Source: Octopus vulgaris (Eukaryota). Taken from it: a stretch of DNA of 64,000 bases. The position numbers and the translations under genes are program-made. Below are positions 22,398-36,396 of this stretch, one piece after another. The notes under the pieces are model-generated. The model was not told where the DNA came from, did no database searches, and saw nothing but the letters and a program-made list of their open reading frames with translations. The number at the start of each line of letters is the position of its first letter. Within the stretch, counting starts at the first letter, position 1. The stretch spans positions 168,206,001-168,270,000 of the forward strand of contig OX597817.1 in assembly GCA_951406725.2 (NCBI GenBank), in the 5' to 3' direction.

Positions 22398-24170
22398 GTA
22401 AAGTTTAAAGTTTATATTAATTTTTCTTGAACCCAACTATTGAGAACAGATGTTTGTTTCTACTTTCATGAGGAAAAGCAAGTAAAGAATTCATTCTTGC
22501 TCTGGAAAGGATGTCTGCCTGATGCCCACTGAAATTCAAAAAAGTGCTGATAGCTATTTTCTTCAGCTGGCTGGCATAAAACTCATGGCATTAATTCCAC
22601 TGACTGTGTCTCTGCACAGAATTACAATGAAATGCCTACATTGAAATTTGAGCTCAAAACCTGTGTGTTCTGATAGTCCAACTTATCTCCACAACCATTT
22701 CACTATTATTTACTGTTGACCTAGTGTTGTGATCATTTGGATTTGTGACAGTTATATATTAGATCATATCATATATTAAGCCACCATCAGTTTGTGGTTA
22801 TCACTGAAATCTGTTGTAAATGTAAGAGGTCTGAGCGGAGGAGATATAAAACCACTAGTTCATAGGTCACTGATTCAAATCGGTTACGCGAAAGAACATT
22901 TTATTTCTTTATTTCAGATAGCAGCGTTAAATTAGGCAAGAGATTAGAAACATCTTATCAGTTGCCTGGTTATCATTACTAGCTGACCTTGGGATGCCTT
23001 TTGTGGAATCCACTCTTTTACGCATCTTCAGACCAGGTCTTTAATATCTCTCTCTCTCTCTCTCTCATAGTCTTAGTAGAAGGAAGAAATTGTATCCTTG
23101 GCTTTTGTCTCTGAAACTAGTTAGATTGATGGAGTAGTTAAACTAAAGTTGGTGCTGCTTGTGGCAGCACTTGAGATTTTATGGGCCACCTAATGAAAAG
23201 CACAGCGTAATACACATCAAAATTCATAACACCCACAAAAAATGCTGCTCAGGAGTGGAACGTTCTCCTTCCATTCCTTATCCCTATTTTGCTACACTAG
23301 GATTGGTGTAGCTCATATTCAGTTTGAATAACTGCAAGATCTTGATTCCATCTTCTCTGTTCTTCACCAGTTCCATTACTGCTCTTCCTGCTCTCACCAA
23401 ACCAAAAAAAAAAATAATAATAATACTATGCTACCTCAGCTGTTGGTACCAGATCACAGATTATCATCCTGTTCGGAGGGGAGATATAACTCATTCATAT
23501 AAAGTTGTGAAATTTGAGTTAAGTACTGGCCTTTAAAAACCTCTTTAGATTTAGGAGGCATTTGCGCACACCCACAGACACATGCACACCATCTGTTCAG
23601 TTAGTCAATTAGTGGTAGACAACCTATGAGGGAGCTTCTGTACAGTTGGTCAGTCTGCTAGAAGTAGTATCACACAAATCATGCTCTACCATCTTAAAAA
23701 AAAATAAGACATATTAGATAATTATAGACTTGAGATACACTACCTGATTAAAATTCTGGGATGTCTTTGTATGTAAGGTTGACTGGGTGGCTAAAACATG
23801 CAACCACTACAACTTTTCTGTTAGTAGATGGTTAGTCTAGCAGTGTTCCTATGTAACCCTTTACCTGTCCAAAGAATTTTCGTAACTTTGTCCTCAATGT
23901 CCATACTTGTTTTCATACTTTTAGTTACCTCGTTTCATACATTCTACATCATATAAAGCTTTCCTTTCATGAGCTCCAAGTTATTCTACTAGTTGAAAAC
24001 AAATTAGGAATGTATATCATATATGTTGTGTGAACACCAGGGAAAATTTTTTTCTTTGTATCTTGTGTTACACGAGACAAGTAAAGAGTTAAAGTGACCT
24101 TCACATTACAATATTAACATCCACTATATTATTCGGCTCACAAATTTGTTGCCATCATTCTAAAAACAAA

Positions 24171-24585
24171 CTATCCTATGAAGAAAGGCTGAGGACGCTC
24201 GACCTTTATTCTCTAGAAAAACGCCGCCGCCGTGGTGATCTCATTCTCGCCCACAACATCATAAGCGGGAAGTGTAACCTCTCGAAAGAGCTGTTCTTCA
24301 CTCCTGCTCCAGAGCGTCGGCTGCGGGGTCATTCTGAAAAGCTCTACCTGCGATGATTTCATCTCAATCGAAGGAGAGGAGCTTTCTCCGTCTGGGTTGC
24401 GGATCCATGGAACAAGCTGCCAGACGAGATGGTGAAGATGCCGACGACCGCTTTGTTCAAAGCCTCCCTGGACCTCAAGTGGCCTGAACTCTTTACATGA
24501 ACACCACCCTGAACTTAACTCCATGTCCCCCTACATGGCCTTGCTATTTGCTTTTGAGCCAAATTAACTAACTAACTAACTAACT
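24171..24585 (+). mobile_element. CR1-clade LINE 3' fragment
   Basis: SYEERLRTLDLYSLEKRRRRGDLI...RGHSEKL...WNKLPDEMV...FKASLD with one internal stop; (TAAC)n tail. Confidence 0.9.
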
Positions 24586-25456
24586 ATTAAAACTGAATCT
24601 CACCTTAAAAGAAATGGATTGATTTTATATCTTGGTTGGTAGAACAAGATCCAGTGATTTTTACATGTCCTAATCTACTATATTCTTCTTCCATGCTTAA
24701 CTAATCCTAACCCTGTTGCTTATATGGGCCTCTCTCTCTGTTTCTCGAACTCAGTTTTTTATACTTGTGCTGACCACTTAGCCTATCTTATTTCATATCA
24801 ATTCCATTGGCAACAATAACTATAACTGCAACATCAATAAAAACCTCAGTGAGGTGATGAGTTGACAAGGAAACCACCATGTAGTTGTTCTATATAACAA
24901 CCAAATTGCCCTCAAATTACACTCCATTGTCTTATAAATGAAAACAATGGATAATTTTAAACCTGGATGTGGTTTTTATATTCTATTTCTTTATCATTAG
25001 ATGGCTTCCGTATCGGTGGCACGTAAAAAGCACCATCCGAATCGTAGCCGAAGCCAGTGCCGCCTCGACTGGCTTCCATAAAATGCACCAATCCGACCGT
25101 GGCCGATGCCAGCCTCGCCTGGCACCAGTGCAGGTGGCACGTAAAAAGCACCCACTACACTCTCAGAGTGGTTGGTGTTAGGAAGGGCATCCAGCTGTAG
25201 AAACGTTGCCAGATAAGACCGGAGCCTGGTGCAGCCTTCTGGCTTCCCAGATCCCCGGTCGAACCGTCCAACCCATGCTAGCATGGAGAACGGACGTTAA
25301 ACGATGATGATGATGATGATGATACTTTAGAAATCTAAATACTAATGACACACATACTGCAACTAATTTTATTGTGATTCTAATTAAATTCATTAATTAC
25401 TCCTTTGTTTATTCTGTTGGGCTGATTTCTTTAAAGTTCTCTCTCTTTTTCTACAG

Positions 25457-25529
25457 TGTGAAACTGTTGACATTGATGGCATCTTGAAACTATTGAAAAT
25501 GTTTCGTGAGAATTTGAGTATCAGATATG
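25457..25529 (+). CDS. LEMD3: MAN1/LEMD3 exon B (CETVDIDGILKLLKMFRENLSIRYG)
   Basis: ctctttttctacag acceptor, gtgagt donor, phase 0 to 1; fits the lumenal helix before the G..LCG motif. Confidence 0.85.
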
Positions 25530-25632
25530 GTGAGTAGACTCAGACTTTATTCTATTATTTCATGTGCCACAGAACCTCCCCACTTTAAATGACAGAATAT
25601 TAGGTGTCACTGTTTTACCAGATCATGAAGCA

Positions 25633-25665
<33 letters not shown>

Positions 25666-27765
25666 CATAACTAAGTGGTAAGAAATTTTCTTTACAACCA
25701 TATGATTCCAGGTTCAGTCCTGCTGCATGGCTCTTTGGTCAAGTGCCTTCAACTATAGCTCCAGACTAGCCAAAACCTTGTGAGTGGATTTTGTAACTGG
25801 AAACTGAAAGAAGCCTACCCACATATATCTCTCTTTTTATATACTCATTTCAGTCATTAGACTGTGGCCATGCTGGGGCACTACCTTGAATTTTTAGTTG
25901 AATGAATCGACTCCAGAACTTTTTTTACCTTAAGCCTGGTATTTATTCTAGTGGTCTCTTTGCCAAACTGCTAAGTTATGGGACATAAACATACCAACAC
26001 TGGTTGTCAAGCAATGGTGGGGAGCAAATACAGACATAAAGACACATATGCACACACACACACACGCACATATAATGGGCTTCTTTCAATTTCCATCTAC
26101 TAGATCCACTCACAAGGCCCGAGGCTATAGTAGAAGACACTAGCCCAAGGTGCCACACAATAGGACTGAACCAGGAACCATGTGGTTAGGAAGCAAGCTT
26201 TGTACTACACTGCCATGCCTGTGTGTGTGTTCATGTCTCCTTGCGTTGACATCAATTAATATTTATTAATGGCTATCACTATGTTAAGTGAAAAGTCATC
26301 ATCATAATTTTAAGAACTGCCTTTGTGTTCCACATTTAAGTTCCAAAAACCTCATCTCTTTCATGTCCAGAAGCTTTAGGAAATAAATTATCTGGTTGTG
26401 TTATACATCATGATGTAGCCAAATTGTTGAGTACCTGAAACTACATCTAATGTTTAAAGCTGTAAATAGATTATTGTATAAACAAAATTGTAAGATACTG
26501 GTTTGTATTGTAAAGTTTTGTGACCCACACCCTCTAAAGTGTACGGGAACACAAATGGACCATGAAGTGGTGAACATTTTTCTCATGTTGTAAAGCCACA
26601 TTGAAATTAACTGCCATCTGATATGGTGGGGCTGCATTTAAAAAAAATCATACTGCTAAACCTATTATTTTGTAAAATCTAATTATTCATAAAACTGTAG
26701 CAAAATATTGATTTAAAATTTTGGCTCAAGGCCAGCAGTTGCAGCAGGTGGGTAAATTGATTACATTGATCCCACTGTTCAACTGGTACTTATTTTATTG
26801 ATCCCGAAAGGTGAAAAGGCAAAATTGACCTCGGCAGAATTTGAACTCAGAATGTAAAGATAGACAAAATGCTGCTAAGCATTTCACCTGGCATGCTGAT
26901 GATTCTGCCAGCTTGATGACTTAACTTTATCAAATTTTTTTTTTTATAAATGCGGTCGGGGTTTGGAATATTATGCCCAACACAAGTCTATTTATTTATT
27001 TGAAAATTTCTTTGGATTTCTGTTTTAAGCACATTTGTGATTACTTTAATAAAGAATTACAAGGAAGTGTTTCTAAAATTTGCAGTTAGCTTAAAGGGAT
27101 AGATTTTTAATAAGATTTAGATTAACAAAAATAATTCAATTATAATGATTTTTCCCATCTGACATTTACTTCTTTCAGAAGGTTGCATGTTTCCACTTCT
27201 GTGTTGGACTGTTAGTAATATGTCCCTTATGAAAATGGAATTTAAGATTCGCTCAGCTTGCTTCCCTTTTTATTTACGTATGTTTTTATGCAAATGATAC
27301 ATTTTCAATTTTTTTTAGTCCATTATATATATATGTTATAGTATATTTTTCTTAATATAAATATACTGATAACATTGCTATGATTATATTTAGCAGGGTG
27401 TCACTTGTAAATTTATTGTGATTTCTCTTTCTGCACCTCTGTTAACCCTATTGTGGTTGTACTGTCCAACCTCTGATAAAACCCTATTGTGCTATTAACA
27501 TAATCCTCTACTATTGACATGCACATTGCATCATCCTCCAATATTCCTAGCTTATCTAGTTCCCTCATCCAAAAATATCTGGATGCAGGATTTTACAAAA
27601 TACCACTTTAGTAGAGTAAGTACTACCTCTTTCAAATGTCCCAGGATAATTACTTGCAGGCTGATGCTTAGTATTTATAATGATTTTTGAAGGACTAAAG
27701 CTTATTATTGCCAGTTACCATTGATGCTATAAATACTTATTATAATAATAATAATAATATTCCAG

Positions 27766-27863
27766 GAAATATCTTGTGTGGTCAAAATTCAAATGGAAAC
27801 AGTAAGAATATGTCTAAAGAAGTTGTCAGTCAATTAATTGCAGCTGAAGTCGAAGAAGAACCG
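27766..27863 (+). CDS. LEMD3: MAN1/LEMD3 exon C (GNILCGQNSNGNSKNMSKEVVSQLIAAEVEEEP)
   Basis: ttccag acceptor, gtaagt donor, phase 1 to 0; contains a lumenal Cys. Confidence 0.85.
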
Positions 27864-29600
27864 GTAAGTATTGGTTTGTGTGATCTATCCTTCAGACATT
27901 TAGCATAGATATATTAACTGTCTACCTGACATAAATCTGTCTACACTGCCACTGCTACTTTGTCTGTGTGTCACTGATTGTCTGTATAATATTTCATGTA
28001 TCAGTCAATGTAAGATGAGCTTTTTAAGATGTGTGTCAGCCTGATAGTTAATATGTGTTCCAGCCAAAACCAACCCTTTGTTAACACTAGGTATTCAGTT
28101 GCTTAGCCTTAGATTTTCTATGGTTTTAAAGGAATTTTTCTATTCATCTCGTGCTAAATGTTTTCATATCGACAGTGGTAGTTGTTGGTGTTGAATATCC
28201 ACTTCCTTTTAAACAACTTTTATTGAACCAGTTTGGAACTCTTATGCAGTTAGTTAACCTGCTAGAAGTTGCAGCTAAATATTCCTCAAATCACATTCTG
28301 CTATCTTAAAAGAGAAAGGCAACATAAAATTATGTGGTGTTGAATGCTCAATATGCCTGATCCAGACAACTAGATATTTAAGAGAACTCATGTTGAACTG
28401 ACACCACGGTGAGTAGATACAATATATCTGCTGTGTTGATTAGAAATAGCAGCAGCTATAATATTAGTGTTTGGCCTTTCTTTCGTCTGTATATTAAGAA
28501 ACATACTGTCTTCAAATTTAAAATTGAAAACGTGGTATGTTCTGTTCAAGGAAACCTGGTTGTTATATTCATTTATAATTTTGGTGCTAGTTTACTGGTT
28601 TGTAGTTGAGATCAGTACTTGATTTGAATTGATCCTCACTACATTAATGATACTTAATTTATTAACCCTTGTGGTATGAAAAACAAAATCTACACTGACA
28701 AGATTTGAACACAGTGTGTAGAGAGATGCAACTAGGCATCACCAGATATATCTACTACTATACTAATCTTTTTCTTCTAAGTTCTTTCACTGGCTGTTTC
28801 TTGCCAAAACTTTCAACCTAACTATGAAATACATGTGACAAATCAGATGGAAGAAAGTATAACTTCATCCCAGACACACAAGTTTCTTTGGTCAGTTTAA
28901 AGTACAGAATTTACAACCTGTTGTTCTCTTATTTCATTTGCTCATTCGGCAGTAATCCTTTAACAGTCAGATTACTCTGTCAAGTATAATGCTTATTTAT
29001 TCACATTGTTTTGAATTAATCATGCATTATCTTGTAGCTTTGACATTTCAATGATGTGATTTTTACAATGACAGTGTAGGGTGGGTGTGACCTGCTAGAA
29101 CTGGCTAGTTTGCTTATAAAACAGGTAGAATACTTAGGCTGGATATGGCTAGTTCAAACACTGACGGGTTATGTTTGATACTGTTTAGTACTATCAGAAT
29201 ACCTATATTTTAGTGCCGTGTGTAGTTCTTTCCAGATTCTCTATTTTGTGTTGTGGCCATGGAAATAGCCTGGAAACAAATGTGAAAAACTTAATTCTAG
29301 CACAAATACCATTTTTACTCATGTCCTCTCTCTTTTTTTTACTTTTTCCCTTTTTCTTTCCTTCTCAAATGCTCTGTGTATAAGATCTATCCAACCCATG
29401 TACGCCATAGGTAAAAATAGATGTCAAAATATTGATCATCATCATCATTCTTTGTTCTCCCTCACATTGTTCAGTTTCTAAGATATCATATCAATGGCCT
29501 TGTTTTATATTTGATTAATCTGTGTGTGTGCAAGAGAGAGATTGGTAATTGTATCACTAAAATATTTTTTTTTTTTTGTCTTTTGTTTTATCGTATCAAG

Positions 29601-29659
29601 ATGATAATTGAGCAGTTAATTATGTGGCTGATTATCAGCAATGAAGACTGGGGTATCAG
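29601..29659 (+). CDS. LEMD3: MAN1/LEMD3 exon D (MIIEQLIMWLIISNEDWGIR)
   Basis: Long T-tract then aag acceptor (an in-frame cag alternative ends at 29615), gtaagt donor, phase 0 to 2; N..WGIR resembles the MAN1/LEM2 lumenal motif. Confidence 0.85.
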
Positions 29660-32286
29660 GTAAGTGTTGTCAGTTTGAAGTGTTTGAGGTGAATGATACT
29701 AAGGCTGTTGTTTGCAGGCTGGTAATATAAATATAGTTGGCATGACTTTGAAGAGCAAAGACCTTTGAAGTTTTGGTAAGGTAAAAAGAACCTGGAAGGG
29801 ACATGTCTTGACATTGTGCTAGTATTTAAGCAGCACATTACATATCATCATTTAATGTTTATTTTTCCATGGTCTCATGAGTCAGAGTGGATTTTCTGTG
29901 ACTGGATACCCTTCCTGTTTCCAAGGAAGATTAGAAATAAAGGACAGACACAGTATTTCATGATGGTGACACTCACTCACATCTATCACTCGACCTCAAG
30001 GCAAGGAGATGGTAACATATATACACCACACACATACATATATACACACACATACTTACGTACATACATACATTTAAAAAAATTTTTTTTTTATTTTACT
30101 TGTTTCAGTCATTTGACTGCGGCCATGCTGGAGCACCGCCTGTAGTCGAGCAAATCGACCCCGGGACTTATTCTTTGTAAGCCCAGTACTTATTCTATCG
30201 GTCTCTTTTTGCCGAACCGCTATGTGACGGGGACGTAAACACACCAGCATCGGTTGTCAAGCAATGCTAGGGGGACAAACACAGACACTCAAACATACAC
30301 ACATATATATATATATATACATATATACGACAGGCTTCTTTCAGTTTCCGTCTACCAAATCCACTCACAAGGCATTGGTCGGCCCGAGGCTATAGCAGAA
30401 GACACTTGCCCACGATGCCACGCAGTGGGACTGAACCCGGAACCATGTGGTTGGTAAGCAAACTACTTACCACACAGCCACTCCTACACCTATAATATAT
30501 ACGACAGGCTTCTTTCAGTTTCCGTCTACCAAATCCACTCACAAGGCATTGGTCGGCCCGAGGCTATAGTAGAAGACACTTGCCCAAGATGCCACGCATG
30601 AGTTTGGTTAGCAAGCTACTTACCACACAGCCACTCCTGCGCCTATGTTTATAACATGTTTATATACTTATATACACATACACACAACAAGCTCCTTTCT
30701 ACCAAATCCACACACATGGCTTTGATCAGACCAAGGCTATAGTAGAAGACTCTTGCCCAAGGTGCTTTTACAGTGGCACAGAACCCCAAACTATGTGGTT
30801 GGGAAGGAAATCACTTACTGCAGCAAACTTACCATGTTGTTTAAAAAGGTAGATTGCTTTTAACTTGCAGCAATGTGGAGTATCTGATGTTTGTATTGAG
30901 ACGAAGGCCGGGAGAACGGTGACTGTGAGAGCCTGTAGGTGGCTGGTACTTGTAAATACACTATTTAATTTCTCTGAGTTTGCAGACACTACGGCAAGTA
31001 TTGTTTAGACACAGATAAATTGATAGAATTGGACCATATCTGTGTGGGAGGTGAACAAATGGTTTTTTGAGAAGGAGGTTATGGTTTTTGTAATCATTGT
31101 GACAGTGAGAGTTAACATTATCAGTTATTTTAATGTAGATTCTTAACGCTTTAGTGTTCAGATTATTCTGTCAAATGTAATACTTAATTATTCACATTTT
31201 GTAAAATTAATTATGTATTATTTTGTAACTTTGAGATTCTGAAGATGTGGTTGTTTATATTTAGAATGCCATTGTAGGGTAGGTATGAGAAGTTGGATCT
31301 GGCCATTCTCACATAAAAGGTGGAATATTTGGGCCGGATATGGCTAGTTTAAATGTTATGGGGTTAACGTCAGCCTAAGCTTGGCTCATCTGCAATGTAG
31401 CGAATGACCCCTTTTTTGTCTTGTGTACCTTCTCATCTGTGAGATTGAACTCACCCCACCCTTTTTTCATCATTGTCTGTCACAGCTCTTCTATCAACAG
31501 AGGGTCTGAATACTTTTTATTTCTTTATTGCCCACATGGGACTAAACATAGAGGGGACAGACAAAGGGATTAAGTCGATTACATCGACCCCAGTGCATAA
31601 CTCATACTTTATTTATTGACCCCGAAAGGATGAAAGGCAAAGTCAACCTTGGCAGAATTTGAACTCAGAACGTAACGGCAGATGAAATACCTATTTCTTT
31701 ATTACCCACAAGGGGCTAAACACAGAGGGGACAAACAAGGACAGACATAGGCATTAAGTCGATTACATCGACCCCAGTGCGTAACTGGTACTTAATTTAT
31801 CGACCCCGAAAGGATGAAAGGCAAAGTCGACCTCGGCGGAATTTGAACTCGCAGACGAAATACCGCTGAGCATTTCACCCAGCGTGCTAACGTTTCTGTC
31901 AGCTCTGAATACTTTTTAATCATCGTATTACTACTACTACTATTACCTCAACACCACTGCTACTACTATCATCAACTACAGCAAACATCTCCATCATTTC
32001 AATCATTAACCTCTGCTATTGTTGCTGCTACTTCCATCTCACCACCACGACCCTTCTTCTCATTTCTGCCATTGCCACATCACTATCATCACCAAACCAC
32101 CATCACCACCGCAACCATTATCATCTTCATTACTACTAACTGTTAGAACAACTGTCAGTTACCTTTAACTTGCCCCAATCATAAGACTGGGGCACCACCC
32201 TGAAGGGTTCAGTTGAACAAATCAACCCCAGTACTATTTTTTAAGTTTGACTCTTATTCTGATAGACTCTTTTGTCGAATTGCTAT

Positions 32287-32691
32287 TTCATTTCATTTCA
32301 TTTGAGTTTTAGTCCATGCTCAGGCCAAGTCGAAGACTCCACCCTCAGAGTCTGGTGTGGTTGCCAGGTTGTATTCTCTGTTTAATTTTGACATGTGTAG
32401 GAGCGAGTTTGAGTCAGTTTGTGCTCGTTGTGTATATCCTGGGAGATGGGGTTCATCTCTAATGGTGCTTAAGTATCTATCCAGCTGCAATTTGAATGAT
32501 TCCACACTGCATCCTGATAGATTTCTGACATGTACCGGAATGGAGTTGAATAGTTGTGCTCCTCGAACCAACAGACTTGATTCTCGCAGGGTTTTTGCTG
32601 CCTGGCCAGCCTTTTTGTTGATTGGTGGTAGCTGGCAGCGTCTTCCGTGGCGCAGTGAGTGGTAGGTTTTGATACCAAAGTTTGGCACCTT
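32287..32691 (-). mobile_element. CR1/L2-group LINE 3' fragment inserted in a degenerate SINE
   Basis: SLLVRGAQLFNSIP..VRN....ESFKLQLDRYLSTIRDEP; (TGAAA)n tail; 7-bp TSD TTGCTAT (32280/32692). Confidence 0.88.
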
Positions 32692-33544
32692 TTGCTATAT
32701 CAAAATGACAAACAAATCAATGCCAGTTATCAAGTGGAGACAGTAGGGAAGACTAATAGACCCCCCACACACACATACATACACACACGTATTGTTTTCC
32801 AAAATGGAGGTGAACACCTTTCTCCATGTGATCAGCTTGAAAAATTATTAAGATACTTGGATATTTTCCCACTCTTCTTGACATGAAACTAATGGTAGCC
32901 TTAATTCACAAATAACGGAATTATTTATCCACCAATGTGGTGTTGAGCACTCATTCCAACGTTCTACTTTTACATATATATATATCATCAACACCATCAT
33001 CATCGTTTAGCGTCCGCTTTCCATGGTAGCATGGGTTGGACAGTTCGGCCAGGGTCTGGTAAGCCATGGAGGCTGCACCAGGCTCCAGTCTGATCTGGCA
33101 GAGTTTCTACAGCTGGATGCCCTTCCTAATGCCAACCACTCTGTGAGTGTAGTGGGTGCTTTTTACGTGCCACCGGCACAGGGGCCAGAGGGGGCTGGTA
33201 AATGGCCAGGATCGATTGGTGCTTTTTACGTGTTACTGGCACGGAAATATATATATATATATTTATATATATATATATATATATATATAAACACATATAC
33301 ACACTTACAATAGGTTTCCTTCTACCAAATTCACTGACAAGGCATTGGCCAACCTGGGGCCATAGTAGAAGACACTTGCCTAAGGTGCTACAGTATAATA
33401 GGACAAACCAAGCTTCTTAAACACACAGCCATATCTGAATTGCATGATAATCTACCAGTATCAATGTCTTTTTCATTTAAATTTTCAAAAGTCTGTAAAC
33501 AGACAATTGTAATGTCTTCTGTATTTCATTAACTTTCGTTACAG

Positions 33545-33687
33545 ACCATTGACTGTAAATGGTACCACTCCTGAAAGAGTTGAAGAACTGGCTTATGTGG
33601 AGAGTTACACTCCATATATGAGTTTCATTTGTCGCCTTCGAAGAGCTATCTTTGACACTATATACCAGTTGCTTTTGGGACTTTTAG
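33545..33687 (+). CDS. LEMD3: MAN1/LEMD3 exon E (PLTVNGTTPERVEELAYVESYTPYMSFICRLRRAIFDTIYQLLLGLL)
   Basis: ttacag/gtgagt, phase 2 to 1; P.M.F.CR.RRA motif just before TM2. Confidence 0.93.
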
Positions 33688-33773
33688 GTGAGTAGATAGA
33701 GCCACTTCTTATTTCTATTCTGCTTGGGGAATTAGTACAAACAGCTAAGTCAGGTTGTGGGAAATCATTTTTA

Positions 33774-34181
33774 GGATCTTTTCGGTTTGAACGGCAGTTT
33801 TTTCTTGCGGTGTCATATGAAATTGTCACCCATAATTATGACCCTAGTATCGATCTATTGCATTTCAATCTATTTTAGGGTTAGGGATGGGGGAAGGGTA
33901 TTTTTTTTCTTCAGAAATGTAAATAAACCCAATCTGTTTCTTAAACGAGGGACATATTCATACGGCACAGAATGTTTTTTACCTCAATGAACGTCAGTGA
34001 TTGGTTGAAATTGCAGAAATTGAAGAAAGAAACAACAAATATCTTACAAACTATAGAATTTTCTTGTTAAAGCCAAGAGATAAAGATGTTTTATAAACAC
34101 ATTCTACCAGTATACGAAGTTTAAAATTTTTTAGTTACCTAGAAATTATGTTAAAAACTGCCGTTCAAACCGAAAAGATCC
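33774..34181. mobile_element. MITE with 28-bp TIRs, related to the 19351 foldback element
   Basis: GGATCTTTTCGGTTTGAACGGCAGTTTT and its reverse complement; flanks CATTTTTA/CATTTTTG; internal TTAGGGTTAGGG. Confidence 0.85.
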
Positions 34182-36294
34182 CATTTTTGTACTAGATGAA
34201 GGATAATTGACTTTGACTTTTGAAACTGCATGTTTATGGAGTATATTATCTGTAATAACCTTATTGACTCTCTGACATGAGTATTTTAGCCCTAGGTAAA
34301 GTAGTATATGTCTACTTTCCTTCCCTGGTCTACCTGTTTGACAACAGTTTCAACTTGTTTTACTATTGAAGAGGATCCTGCAATAATGGTACAAATTTAC
34401 ACAGGTCATCCAAGCCATGTTGGCATGGGAAACAGTTCACAATTTACTCATTAGCGATTTCACTTCTGCCACATTTAATTTTTCTCTTATATCATTGAAA
34501 ATTCTGATGTTCCACAGAACATCCCAAGAGTTCGTCCTCTGATCAAAATTAGTTTTGAGATCTGTTTATTTGGAGATTGATGATAGTTTGGAAATGAACT
34601 AATTACATCTGTAATTGGGAGAAATGTTTATATACTCTCTCTCTCTTTTACTCTTTTACTTGTTTCAGTCATTTGAATGCGGCCATGCTGGAGCACCGCC
34701 TTTTAGTCGAGCAAATCGACCCCGGGACTTATTCTTTGTTAGCCCAGTACTTATTCTATCGGTCTCTTTTGCCGAACTGCTAAGTGACGGGGACGTAAAC
34801 ACACCAGCATCGGTTGTCAAGCAATGCTAGGGGAACAAACACATACACACAAACATATACACACACATACATATATATACATATATACGACAGGCTTCTT
34901 TCAGTTTCCGTCTACCAAATCCACTCACAAGGCTTTGGTCGGCCCGGGGCTATAGCAGAAAACACTTGCCCAAGATGCCACGCAGTGGGACTGAACCCGG
35001 AACAATTTGGTTGGTTAGCAAGCTACTTACCACACAGCCACTCCTGCGCCTATGTGTGTGTTTGTAGACAATCAGTATGAAACAATAAGGCACAACTGTT
35101 TGAATGCTAACAATTTGGCACAGCTGACTGGACATTCAGCCTGTTTTGGTACTGGAAACAAACACATGTAGACAGGAATATTCATTTACTGAAAGAGAGA
35201 GAGAGAGAGATTACAATTTATTCATTGAATATTATTGACATAAATATGTTTCCCTCTCCTCTTACACAGAGAAGTGGAGAGGGTGAAAATGGGAAAAAAA
35301 CATTAAAGCATTTGGTATTAGATACATCAGTGTTGAATCAGCAATGCCACATAACACCAAAACGTTTCATGCTCATATATAAATATATGTATATAGGTAG
35401 ATAGATCTAATGTACTGCCTTATTTAACACTCCTGCCTACTTTGTGTTCCTTTATGTTTACTCTGTTAAAAACATTCAAACCAGACACCTGGTTCCCTCC
35501 ACATGCTTTTATTGCCTGTGGATGTCCAAGGGTGAGCATCAGATGCATTAATCTCATAGGGCTAAGGAGATGAGGGAGTCAAAGTCATGTGGCTCATCCC
35601 TTCTCCTCTGATGGACTGAATATGTACAATAGGAATAAGTTTATATGTATTTAAAGGGTCTTTTGTTTGTTCCTTCTCGAGCCATGCCTGGCTCATAAGG
35701 GCCGTTTTCACGGTTTCCTTGACGCATAGGTTCCCCACCTGGACGGGATGCCAGTCCGTCGCAGGTGAGCTGCAAGATGCAGGAGGAAAGAGTGAGAGAA
35801 AGTTATGGCGAAAGAGTCAGCAGAAGTTTGCCATTACCTTCTGCCGGAGCCATGTGGAGCTTAGGTGTTTTGCCCATAAACACACACATCGCCCGGTCTG
35901 AGATTCGAACCTGCAATCTCTCGACCGCTCTAACCACTAGGCCATGTGCCTCCACATTTAAAGGGTCTGAAAATGGTTAAGACTGAAATGATCGAAACTA
36001 AACCAAATAACTGTGACAGGTGAGTTTACTAGCGTTGTGATACCAACGAGTAATTTTCAGGTATGTGTGTATGTTTTTGTTTTTGTTTTTTTTGTTTGTT
36101 TTTACCCACCTTTCCATTATCTTTTGTTGCACTTCTGGCTTGTTCATTGATCTCTTCCAGATTAAAACTAGAAGTAAAGAGGTGCTTGATTATCTAGGCA
36201 TTGATCCCTTCTCAGACCTTCAGGTCTAATCATACTTTTCCTTTCACGGTTGTCCCAGTCACTAATATACAGTTGGTTTTGATTTCCTTGTCAG

Positions 36295-36396
36295 GGGTTG
36301 TTTTGCTTATTTTATTGCTGCGTTTTTGCTTGGTGCAGCACCAGAAGAAGGAAGAGGAACAGCAGCAAATCTATGAAATGATTGAGAAAATTATCG
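36295..36396 (+). CDS. LEMD3: MAN1/LEMD3 exon F, TM2 (GVVLLILLLRFCLVQHQKKEEEQQQIYEMIEKII)
   Basis: ttgtcag/gtgagt, phase 1 to 1; hydrophobic helix, then EEE...Y.M..KIID at the start of the winged helix. Confidence 0.95.
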
